Below, piece after piece: positions 43,479 to 51,427 of a stretch of 64,000 bases of DNA. The position numbers and the translations under genes are program-made. The notes below the pieces were generated by a model that had not been told where the DNA came from, did no database searches, and saw nothing but the letters and a program-made list of their open reading frames with translations. The stretch comes from Myxococcota bacterium (GTDB taxonomy: Bacteria; Myxococcota_A; UBA796; CAJQPC01), in contig DASCPX010000071.1 in the NCBI GenBank assembly GCA_036012755.1, positions 80,215 to 144,214 on the forward strand, given 5' to 3'. Positions within the stretch are counted from its first letter, which is position 1, and every line of letters starts with the position of its first letter.

Positions 43479-46400
43479 TCAGCTCGGGAGCGCGTCGAGG
43501 TAGCCGGAGATGTCGCGACCGGACGCGGCGAGCACGATGGCGCCTGCGCGGAGTGCCACCCACTCCCAGGTGGCGTCGTCTCCGTCGACGAGGCCCAGGG
43601 CCGCGGCCTGGAGCACGAGCGGAGGGCCCTCTGCCGCGACGAAGGGGTCCTGCTCCAGCCTCACCCGCGCGGCGACGACCCTGGCCGCGGGCTCCAGGGG
43701 GAGCTCGCCCGCGAAAGCCCGGAAGCGCGAGCAGGCCTGCTCCCAGCGGCCCGGGCCAGAGGCCGACAGCTCACCCAGCACATCCTCCCAGCCATCGCCC
43801 AGGACCTGCGCTGCGGCCGCAGCCGCTGGCCAGGCGAGGCCACCCTCGGGCCGCGGTGCCCCGGTGCCCGCCGCGACGAGCACCGGCTCGACCAGCCTCA
43901 ACACCCGCCCTGCCCGCTGGCCGACGACGCGACCGTGTCGATCCCTGGCCCAGGCGAGGCGCTCCTCCCAGGACCCGAAGCGCTGGGGGGCTTCGTCCGG
44001 GATCAGGAGCTTGCCCAGGGCGAAGTCGACGAGCTCGCCCTCCTGCTCACGCAGCGAAGCCAGCCACGCCCCGTCAGGCGGCGGTCCTCGACCATCCAAC
44101 ACAAACTGCCAGGTGCGCTCGAGGTCTCCGTAGCGGGGGGCCTCTCGCTTCAGCGGCTCCAGGATCTTCTGCGTCGGGACCGACGCATAGGCGCAGGAAC
44201 GCACCGGACGGGTCATCGCCGGGGTCTTCACGATGGCCTCCCCGACCCCCAACAGGCCCAGGTCGTCCCAGCTGTCCTCGCTCAGGCCCAGGGTGCGGCC
44301 CATCTCGGCGATCTCCTCGCCGTCCTCGAGCCGCATCACTATCTTCGTGTTCGTGTTCTTGATGACCCCGCGAGCCAGCATCGCTGGACTCTGATCCACC
44401 ACCATCACGCCGATCCCCAGGCTGCGGCCCTCCTGCAGCAGTCGCACACAGTTTCGCAAGAGTGTACGTCCACCCTGGGCTTCCGCCGCGGCCCCGCGGC
44501 CCTCGTTCTCGCGACCGAGCACGTTGTGGGCCTCTTCGATGACGATCAGCCAGCGGGGTCGAGAGCGGTCTCCCTGCCTGGCAGTCTGTGATGCACGAAT
44601 GCGCTCGATCAACAACGACGTGATGAACGCAGGGAGGTTCAGCTCGCTCGCCGGGAGTTCCTCGAACTCGATGATCGTGTCACCAGGGAAGACCTCGTCG
44701 ATCGACCGCTCCCCGCCGTGGCTGAAGAGGTCCTGGAAGGTGGCGTCGAGGAAGATCCGCGCCCGCCCTTCGAGGGCCCCGCGGTAGTTGGCACCTACCT
44801 CAGGTCCATAAGAGAGGTCGTCGGCGACCAGCTGCACTCCCCGAGCGAAGTCGAGCACTCCGGGCACCTGCGAGGCTCCCTCGCCGATGAACGAGCCGGT
44901 CTCGATGTCCCACCCGAAGTCCTGGTAGCAGCGCTCCACGGCCTGACGCATGTAGGGACCGATGAGCGCCTCGGTCGGCAGCAGCTCGGCGAGACTGTCC
45001 GACAACACCGCGATGTGGCGCTTCAGCGAGGTCCCGGGCTCGAAGAAGAGGGGGTTGATCCTCAACGGATTCGTGGTGGCGTCACCGATGGTGTAGACCC
45101 TCGGCGGGCGACCTCGGATGCGGCTGAAGGCCCCGGCATAGGTGCGCTTGGCGGTCTCGAGCACGACCACCCGGAGCTCCGGCCCGAAGTCTCGGAGGCC
45201 CTCGAGGATCTTCAACACCCGGCTGGTCTTTCCGCAGCCCGTGGTGCCAGCGACGAGCACGTGGCGGAAGAGCTCACGCTCCGTGATCTCCACGTCGCTG
45301 CGGGTGTCGTCCCAGCTGCCGAAGCCGAAGGGGCCGATGCGCACACGCCGCCCCTCCGAGGGTGGCGGCGACGGGTTGCGACCGAGGAAGACACCGCGCT
45401 TCATGCGCAGGCCCGGCAGCTCGGCCTCCGGCAGGAGCAGGAAGCGCGCCGCCCGCTCACAGCTCAGGACCGGGAGCGCCGGATCGAGCCGGCCCAGGAT
45501 GGGGGTGTTGCTCCTCAACAGCTCCTCTGTCGCGCCCTCCAGCGGCACGGAGACCAGCGGCCGGTCCTTGGTCTGGGAGCCCGCCAGGACGCCCTTCACG
45601 ATGTCGCCGATGAGCGCGGCGTCGGAGCCGTCGGCGAGCACCACCGCCCCGGCTCGGAAGGCCCCTGTTCCGCGGGCCTCGTAGAGGCTCTTGAGGCTGC
45701 GATCGAGGCTGGAGTCGATCAGACCGAGCAGGCTGTCGAGGCGCTCCACCGTGCGGGTCTCTCCGTCGGTGCGGCTCGAGCCCGCCGTCGAGCTGGAGCT
45801 CTGGGTCCTCGTCTCGCTGAGCTGGCCCGGGTTGTCCTCCCACTGTGCCTGGGTCAGGTCACGCCGCCGGTGGCCGCGCCCGAGGTGCTTCACGAAGCGC
45901 CACGCCGTGCGGAGCAGGGGATCCTTCTCCCGCTGGGACTGTGCTGCGGCGAGGGAGTCGCTGGACTGGCTGCTCTCGTTCTCGCCGGTGGTCACCGAGC
46001 GAGCCTCCTGCACAGAGGCCTCCGCGTGGACGGCGTCGCGCAGCGCGGCGAGCCGAGAGAGCTCCGCCGCGAAGTCGTCGTCCGTGACCCGGCCCACCAC
46101 GAACATCAGGCGCAAGCGACGCACGTGGAGGCAGCTCTCGACGACGTCGTTGAGGGACTGGAAGGCCCGGGCGTCCGGCGCGCGGTCCTTGCGGATGCGC
46201 TCGTCGTCGAGGTCCTTTGGGGTCGGCACGCCCGAGACGAAGGCGCCGCGGGTGCCCTCCGGGGACTGGAGCAGCGACCAGCACTCGGCGGGCCGCAGCA
46301 ACTGCAGCTGCGAGGAGGGGAAGGCCTGGCGCTGGAGCTGGCCGACGATGCCTCGGAAGCGGGAGCGTCTCGTCTCGAGGGACTCGCGCTCGGGCAGCAC

Positions 46401-46700
46401 GCTCTGGTTGAAGCGCAGCATGAGCGTGACCGCGACGCGCGGCGCGACGTGGAGCTCGGGCCGGTCGGTCTCGACGATCCAGACGAGCTCCTCGCCCGGG
46501 CGCAACATCGGCAGCACGTTCTCCCAGTCGTGCACGCGGGGGACGAGGTCATGGTGGCCGAGCAGCTGGACTCGGACGGCGCACGCGTCGAGCAGGCCGG
46601 GGTGGACATCCAGGGGCGCGTGCCCCGGATCGAGCCGCAGCCGCATCCCCGGGACCCCCAGACCGAGTTGGAGGCGGAGCTCGGCGAGCTCGGGATTCAA
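43479..46700 (-). CDS. Large HerA/DUF87-like P-loop ATPase
   Basis: RHVLVAGTTGCGKT, INPL, LIVIEEAH, EGRSLGIG, DQSP, KNTNTKIVMRL; TTGA overlap and AAGGAG RBS. Confidence 0.85.
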   Translation of the reverse strand: MNPELAELRLQLGLGVPGMRLRLDPGHAPLDVHPGLLDACAVRVQLLGHHDLVPRVHDWENVLPMLRPGEELVWIVETDRPELHVAPRVAVTLMLRFNQSVLPERESLETRRSRFRGIVGQLQRQAFPSSQLQLLRPAECWSLLQSPEGTRGAFVSGVPTPKDLDDERIRKDRAPDARAFQSLNDVVESCLHVRRLRLMFVVGRVTDDDFAAELSRLAALRDAVHAEASVQEARSVTTGENESSQSSDSLAAAQSQREKDPLLRTAWRFVKHLGRGHRRRDLTQAQWEDNPGQLSETRTQSSSSTAGSSRTDGETRTVERLDSLLGLIDSSLDRSLKSLYEARGTGAFRAGAVVLADGSDAALIGDIVKGVLAGSQTKDRPLVSVPLEGATEELLRSNTPILGRLDPALPVLSCERAARFLLLPEAELPGLRMKRGVFLGRNPSPPPSEGRRVRIGPFGFGSWDDTRSDVEITERELFRHVLVAGTTGCGKTSRVLKILEGLRDFGPELRVVVLETAKRTYAGAFSRIRGRPPRVYTIGDATTNPLRINPLFFEPGTSLKRHIAVLSDSLAELLPTEALIGPYMRQAVERCYQDFGWDIETGSFIGEGASQVPGVLDFARGVQLVADDLSYGPEVGANYRGALEGRARIFLDATFQDLFSHGGERSIDEVFPGDTIIEFEELPASELNLPAFITSLLIERIRASQTARQGDRSRPRWLIVIEEAHNVLGRENEGRGAAAEAQGGRTLLRNCVRLLQEGRSLGIGVMVVDQSPAMLARGVIKNTNTKIVMRLEDGEEIAEMGRTLGLSEDSWDDLGLLGVGEAIVKTPAMTRPVRSCAYASVPTQKILEPLKREAPRYGDLERTWQFVLDGRGPPPDGAWLASLREQEGELVDFALGKLLIPDEAPQRFGSWEERLAWARDRHGRVVGQRAGRVLRLVEPVLVAAGTGAPRPEGGLAWPAAAAAAQVLGDGWEDVLGELSASGPGRWEQACSRFRAFAGELPLEPAARVVAARVRLEQDPFVAAEGPPLVLQAAALGLVDGDDATWEWVALRAGAIVLAASGRDISGYLDALPS

Positions 46701-47512
46701 GACAGCTCCTTCATCGAGATGCGGACCTCGAGATCAGCGCGAACATCTGCCGGAAGGGCGCTCCCGATGCGTTCCAGCGCGGCGACCTCCAGGGCCTCGC
46801 GAGAGGGGGCGGAGAGATCGCACAGCACCGATCCGAGCCAGGGGAGGCGAGGACAGTGGACCCCCGCGATCCGCAGCCCGCGAACATCCACGGCGACCTC
46901 CAGGGGCGGTGGCCCGTCTCGGTCGATGACGGCGAGACGGACCCGGCGCGCTCGCGTCGCAGGCACGACAGCGGCGACGGGCTGGTCCAGCGCGGCCCCG
47001 GCGCGTGTGCGCCAGCCCTCCTCCCAGTCCAGGTGCTCATCGAAGGCCAGGTCCGCCGGCTCCACGACCGTGGCCAGATCAGCGGCGAAGCGCCTCGCCC
47101 TGGCGAGGAGGTCCGCTCGTTCATCGAGTCCGTCCAGCTCCAGCACGACAAGGACTCCCCGCCCGGGGGCGCGCCGGAAGACAGCGCGGAGCATCTCCCG
47201 CTCGCGCCGAGACAGGAGCTGCCTCGCCGTGACGACGCCAACCACCCAGGTCGCCCGCACGAAGGCCCCGGCTCGTGCCTGGACCCAAGCGCCCGCGTCC
47301 CGACCGGGCGGGTCGGGCAGGAGGAGCTCCAGGTGCTCCGGCACGGCGGCGACGATCGAGGAGCGGTCGCGGTGTTCGTCGGCGACCACCACGACCAGCG
47401 GTGCTGATCCGGGCTCCTCGGTCGCGAGCTGGGACAGCCCCACCGCCAGGGCTCCCTCCTGTGCGGCGGCGAGCGTCCGCAAGGACTCCCGGACTTCGAC
47501 GAGCTCCCTCAT
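46697..47512 (-). CDS. Degenerate dynamin-N-like hypothetical protein
   Basis: Echoes of the G-domain scaffold (PLVVVVADEHRDRSSIV, QLLSRREREML) without a GK[ST] motif. Confidence 0.5.
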   Translation of the reverse strand: MRELVEVRESLRTLAAAQEGALAVGLSQLATEEPGSAPLVVVVADEHRDRSSIVAAVPEHLELLLPDPPGRDAGAWVQARAGAFVRATWVVGVVTARQLLSRREREMLRAVFRRAPGRGVLVVLELDGLDERADLLARARRFAADLATVVEPADLAFDEHLDWEEGWRTRAGAALDQPVAAVVPATRARRVRLAVIDRDGPPPLEVAVDVRGLRIAGVHCPRLPWLGSVLCDLSAPSREALEVAALERIGSALPADVRADLEVRISMKELS

Positions 47513-47521
47513 GCCCCCACC

Positions 47522-48274
47522 CTACGACACCGAGAGCGCCTCCCAGATCCCCACGAGGCGTTCGCGCCGGTTGCCCTCGCGTAGGACCTGGGCCAGGGCG
47601 TACCCCACGACCAGGCTGCGGCGAACCGGCGAGCCACCGACCAGGCGGAGGTGGCCGACGAGCGCGTCCCGGGTGGCCCGCCTGGACCGACGATCGACGC
47701 TGGCGCCGCCGAGGTGCCGGCAGATCGCGTCGGGCACGAGCACGACCCGACCGTCGACTCGCTGGGCGAGGTCCACGTCCTCCATGCCGTGGGGGAAGCC
47801 CTCGTCGAAGCGCAAGCTGGAGCGCATCAACAAGCAAGCGCCGGAGAGCGCGTCGACCGGGGTGACCTCGGTCGGGACGACGCTCCGCTGCCGGAGACGT
47901 CCGGACCTGGGATCGAAGTCGATGCCCGCTGACTCCACGCCCTCCTCGCCGACCAGGATCGGTCCGGCGAGGGCGACGTCCTCGTCGAAGGCCGCCAGGA
48001 GCGCCTCCACGCAGCCCGGCTCGGGAGCCGCGTCGTCGTTGAGCAGCAGCACCCTGTCGATCCCCCTCCGCTCTGCCTCCGCGAGGCCAGCGTTCGCTGC
48101 TCTTGCGAAGCCGCCGCCGCCCTCGAGGCGAAGGACCGGCGCGTCGAGGTGCACACCCTCGACCGAGTCGTCGACCACCAGGAGCTCGAGCCCTTCCACG
48201 GCGGCCATGGCCTCGACGAGGAGGTCGCGACGGACGAAGTAGGGGATGACGACGATCACATCGGGCTCGCTCAC
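47522..48274 (-). CDS. GT2 glycosyltransferase
   Basis: VVIP, VVDD, GFARAANAG, LLLNDD, SGACLL, FDE, EDVDL. Confidence 0.88.
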   Translation of the reverse strand: MSEPDVIVVIPYFVRRDLLVEAMAAVEGLELLVVDDSVEGVHLDAPVLRLEGGGGFARAANAGLAEAERRGIDRVLLLNDDAAPEPGCVEALLAAFDEDVALAGPILVGEEGVESAGIDFDPRSGRLRQRSVVPTEVTPVDALSGACLLMRSSLRFDEGFPHGMEDVDLAQRVDGRVVLVPDAICRHLGGASVDRRSRRATRDALVGHLRLVGGSPVRRSLVVGYALAQVLREGNRRERLVGIWEALSVS

Positions 48275-48918
48275 TCCCCTGGAGGATGCCCCCTGGTCAG
48301 CTCGACGACCAGCCCGCTCATGTCCTTGCCGGCATAGAGCGGGTTGCAGGAGCAGTCCCCGAGGGGATCCTCCTTGCTCGGGCGGTTGTTCTCGTCCTGA
48401 TCCGCGTAGGCCGACAGCCAGACGGTCGTGCCCTTCTCGATCTGCATCTCGAAGGGACCGGGTTCCGCCAGACGCGCGCGGCCCACGATGTCCGGCCGCT
48501 TGCCTCTCTGCTGGCTGTTGTCGCCGTCGAAGACGTCGATCGTGATCGCGCCACGCACGTAGTCATCGACCTTCACCGTCCCGGTGATCGTCACCGTCTC
48601 GACGCCGGGGGGAGGCGGGATGGTCCCGTCGCCAGCGGCTCCACCACCGGGCGCCCCACCTGGAGGCGGCACGCTCGGATCCCCGGGAGCGGGCTCCTCC
48701 GGGATACCGGCGCCCGGCGAGCCCTGACCCGGCTCACCCGGCTGGACCTCGCCGGGCTGACCAGGGGTCGGGGCACTGGGGGGCTGCGCGCCGGGCGCGC
48801 CCTGGCTCGATCCGTTGGAGCTCGCCGCCTCCTCCCTGGCGGCCTCCAGCACCGGGTCCTCGCCACAAGCGACCAGCGCCAGCAACAGCAGCAGTGGGGC
48901 TTTCGAGATCGTCTTCAT
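48271..48918 (-). CDS. Pro/Gly-rich lipoprotein
   Basis: MKTISKAPLLLLLALVAC lipobox, PG-rich linker, beta-rich C-domain. Confidence 0.7.
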   Translation of the reverse strand: MKTISKAPLLLLLALVACGEDPVLEAAREEAASSNGSSQGAPGAQPPSAPTPGQPGEVQPGEPGQGSPGAGIPEEPAPGDPSVPPPGGAPGGGAAGDGTIPPPPGVETVTITGTVKVDDYVRGAITIDVFDGDNSQQRGKRPDIVGRARLAEPGPFEMQIEKGTTVWLSAYADQDENNRPSKEDPLGDCSCNPLYAGKDMSGLVVELTRGHPPGE

Positions 48919-48990
48919 GTGGGTAGAGTCGCTTGCTCCCAGGAGGGATCTGGCCTCGTGACTACAGTCCGGAATGTCGTGCGGGTGGCC

Positions 48991-49554
48991 ATGTCGCCAC
49001 CGATCCTCCTGATGGTGGCCAAAGTCTACATCCCGGTGCTGTTCCCGCTCACCTTCCTGATCGCTCTGACCTCCTTGAAGCTGGACGGGTTCCTGAGCTC
49101 GTTGACCGGCGCGACCTGGATCGGCGACGGCTTCCTCCCCGCCGCGCCGACCAACTACGTGATCGCCGGCTGCACCTTCGTCGCCGGGGTGATCGCCTGG
49201 CTGATGACCTACGAGCAGCTCGTCAACAAGGGTGAGGGCTCGCCCAGCCCCACCGCTGGTCGCACGCGCAAGCTGGTGGTGAGCGGGATCTACGCCTACT
49301 GCCGCAACCCGAGCATCTGGGGGAAGCTCATCGGGGTGCTGGCCGTCGGCTTCCTCCTCAACAGCATCTCCTTCTGCTTCGTCCTCATCCCTGCGCTGCT
49401 CGCCGTGTCGCTCACCGAGAAGGTCTGGAGGCAGGAACCGCAACTGGTCGAGGTCTTTGGAGAGGACTACCTCGAATACCAGAAGCAGGTCCCATTGTTC
49501 GTGCCTTGGGGACTCGTCTTCCCAAGCCGCAAGTTCCAGGGCTTCTCGGACTAA
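48991..49554 (+). CDS. Isoprenylcysteine carboxyl/phospholipid methyltransferase family membrane protein
   Basis: GEGSPSP, LVVSGIYAYCRNP, FGEDYLEYQKQVP. Confidence 0.82.
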   Translation: MSPPILLMVAKVYIPVLFPLTFLIALTSLKLDGFLSSLTGATWIGDGFLPAAPTNYVIAGCTFVAGVIAWLMTYEQLVNKGEGSPSPTAGRTRKLVVSGIYAYCRNPSIWGKLIGVLAVGFLLNSISFCFVLIPALLAVSLTEKVWRQEPQLVEVFGEDYLEYQKQVPLFVPWGLVFPSRKFQGFSD

Positions 49555-49589
49555 ACTCCTGGAGCTCTTGCCCCCTCCTGGGAGTCACG

Positions 49590-51041
49590 TTGGACATCAC
49601 CCTCATCAACCCGCCCGAGCAGCTTCGCGTCTGGGCCGGCATCCCGAAGGCCATGGCCCATGGCGTGTACTGCTTTCCCCCGCTGGGGTTGCAGTACATC
49701 CAAGCCTCGGTAGAGGCCCGCACTCCCTTCAAGGCCGAGATCTACGATCCGGTCGTCGATGACCTCGACTACCCGGACGTCGAAGCAGAGCTGAAGCGCT
49801 ATCCGCTCGACCTGGTCGGCATCTCCGCCTTCACCCACTGCCTGCCCGACGTGCAGCAGACCATCAACCTGGTCCGCAAGCTGAACCCGAACGCCACGAT
49901 CGTGCTCGGCGGCCCCCACTGCAACATGTTCCCCGAGTACGCGATCGAGCTCGACGGCGTGGACGCGACCGTCAACGGCGACGGCGAGGACGCCTTCGTC
50001 GAGATGGTCGAGGCCTACAACGAGGGCCGCTCCTTCGAGGGTATCGAGGGTGTCTGGTCCAAGGGCAAGGACGGAGCGGTCGCCAAGAACGCGGAGCGCA
50101 AGTCCGCCAAGCGCCTCGACGCCTACCCGTGGCCTGATCGGAGCCGAATCCGCTACCAGGACTACTACCTGCCGGGCACGAAGACCCCCCTGTGCACCAC
50201 GGCGATCACGAGCCGGGGCTGTCCCCACAGCTGCCCCTTCTGCCTCACCTACAAGAAGCAGTACCGCGTCCGCGACATCGACAACATCCTCGACGAGATG
50301 GAGCACTGCCTCTCCCTCGGCATCACCGAGTGCAACTTCATCGACGACCTCTTCACGCCCAACAGCCAGTGGGTCCTGAAGTTCTGCGACGAGATCGAGC
50401 GCCGCGGTCTCGACTTCAAGTGGGGCTACAAGACGACGATCGCCGGCACCACCCGGGAGCAGCTCCGCCGCTGCGGCGAGACCGGCTGCACGAAGATCCA
50501 CTTCGGCGTCGAGTCCGCCAACAACGAGGGCCTCGACGCCTGGGGCAAGCACTGCGACACCGACGACGTCCACCGCGTCTTCAAGTGGTGCCGCGAGGAG
50601 GGTGTCCGCAGCATCGCCTACATCATGCTCGCAGGCCCCCACGAAGAGACGCTGGACCAGGCCATCCAGAACGTCGACGAGATGCTGAAGCTGGACGCGG
50701 ACTACGCGGTCTTCGCGGTCTTCTCGCCCTACCCCGGCACCGACTCCTTCGAGGAGGGCGCCAAGAAGGGGCTCTACGCCGCGGACTGCTGGGACCAGCT
50801 GATGCGCGACCCGCTCTGCGGGGTCGAGGTCCCGGCGTGCTGGGAGGAGCACCTCTCCAAGGCGGAGATCCTGGACTTGCTCAAGATCGCCCACCGCAAG
50901 TTCTACTTCCGCCCACGCTTCATGGCGCGGACCGCGCTCAGCCTCGCCTCGGTCGAGGAGTTCAAGCGTCTGAGCGGCGGAGCGCTCAGCATCGTGAAGC
51001 TGGAGCTGCTCAACGCTCGCAGCCGCACAGCACCGGTCTGA
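49590..51041 (+). CDS. B12-binding radical SAM protein
   Basis: PPLGL, VGIS, VLGGPH, GDGE, SRGCPHSCPFC, FIDDLF, FGVES. Confidence 0.9.
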   Translation: MDITLINPPEQLRVWAGIPKAMAHGVYCFPPLGLQYIQASVEARTPFKAEIYDPVVDDLDYPDVEAELKRYPLDLVGISAFTHCLPDVQQTINLVRKLNPNATIVLGGPHCNMFPEYAIELDGVDATVNGDGEDAFVEMVEAYNEGRSFEGIEGVWSKGKDGAVAKNAERKSAKRLDAYPWPDRSRIRYQDYYLPGTKTPLCTTAITSRGCPHSCPFCLTYKKQYRVRDIDNILDEMEHCLSLGITECNFIDDLFTPNSQWVLKFCDEIERRGLDFKWGYKTTIAGTTREQLRRCGETGCTKIHFGVESANNEGLDAWGKHCDTDDVHRVFKWCREEGVRSIAYIMLAGPHEETLDQAIQNVDEMLKLDADYAVFAVFSPYPGTDSFEEGAKKGLYAADCWDQLMRDPLCGVEVPACWEEHLSKAEILDLLKIAHRKFYFRPRFMARTALSLASVEEFKRLSGGALSIVKLELLNARSRTAPV

Positions 51042-51052
51042 AAAAAATCCGA

Positions 51053-51427
51053 ATGCTCGCCCGACTGTCCCGTACGTATCGGTGGCGGTCGGGCGGTCGC
51101 TCGTTGGGAGCGACAGGGAGGACGGGCCCTGACATCCCGCCCACCGCCGTCTCCTCTCGAGGGCGCGTCCTCCTCATGGTGGGCGCGCTCCTCCTCTGTG
51201 GATCCGGACCCACCGAAGACCAGAAGGTGGCCGCGGCCGAGAAGCAGGCTCGCCGCGTCCTCGAGCACGCTGCCCACATCCACGGACTCATCGACGCGAC
51301 CGAGGAAGAGGGACGCCCGCTGAGGCTCGGCGAGATCCGGAGCACCCAGATCGAGCTCCACCAAGCAGTGATTCGCCTCGAGGCCGCGCTCACGAACCTC
51401 GAAGACTCAGGCCCCGAACTCGAGTAG
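51053..51427 (+). CDS. Hypothetical helical protein (start may be 51176)
   Basis: Hydrophobic stretch followed by a coiled-coil-like segment. Confidence 0.45.
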   Translation: MLARLSRTYRWRSGGRSLGATGRTGPDIPPTAVSSRGRVLLMVGALLLCGSGPTEDQKVAAAEKQARRVLEHAAHIHGLIDATEEEGRPLRLGEIRSTQIELHQAVIRLEAALTNLEDSGPELE

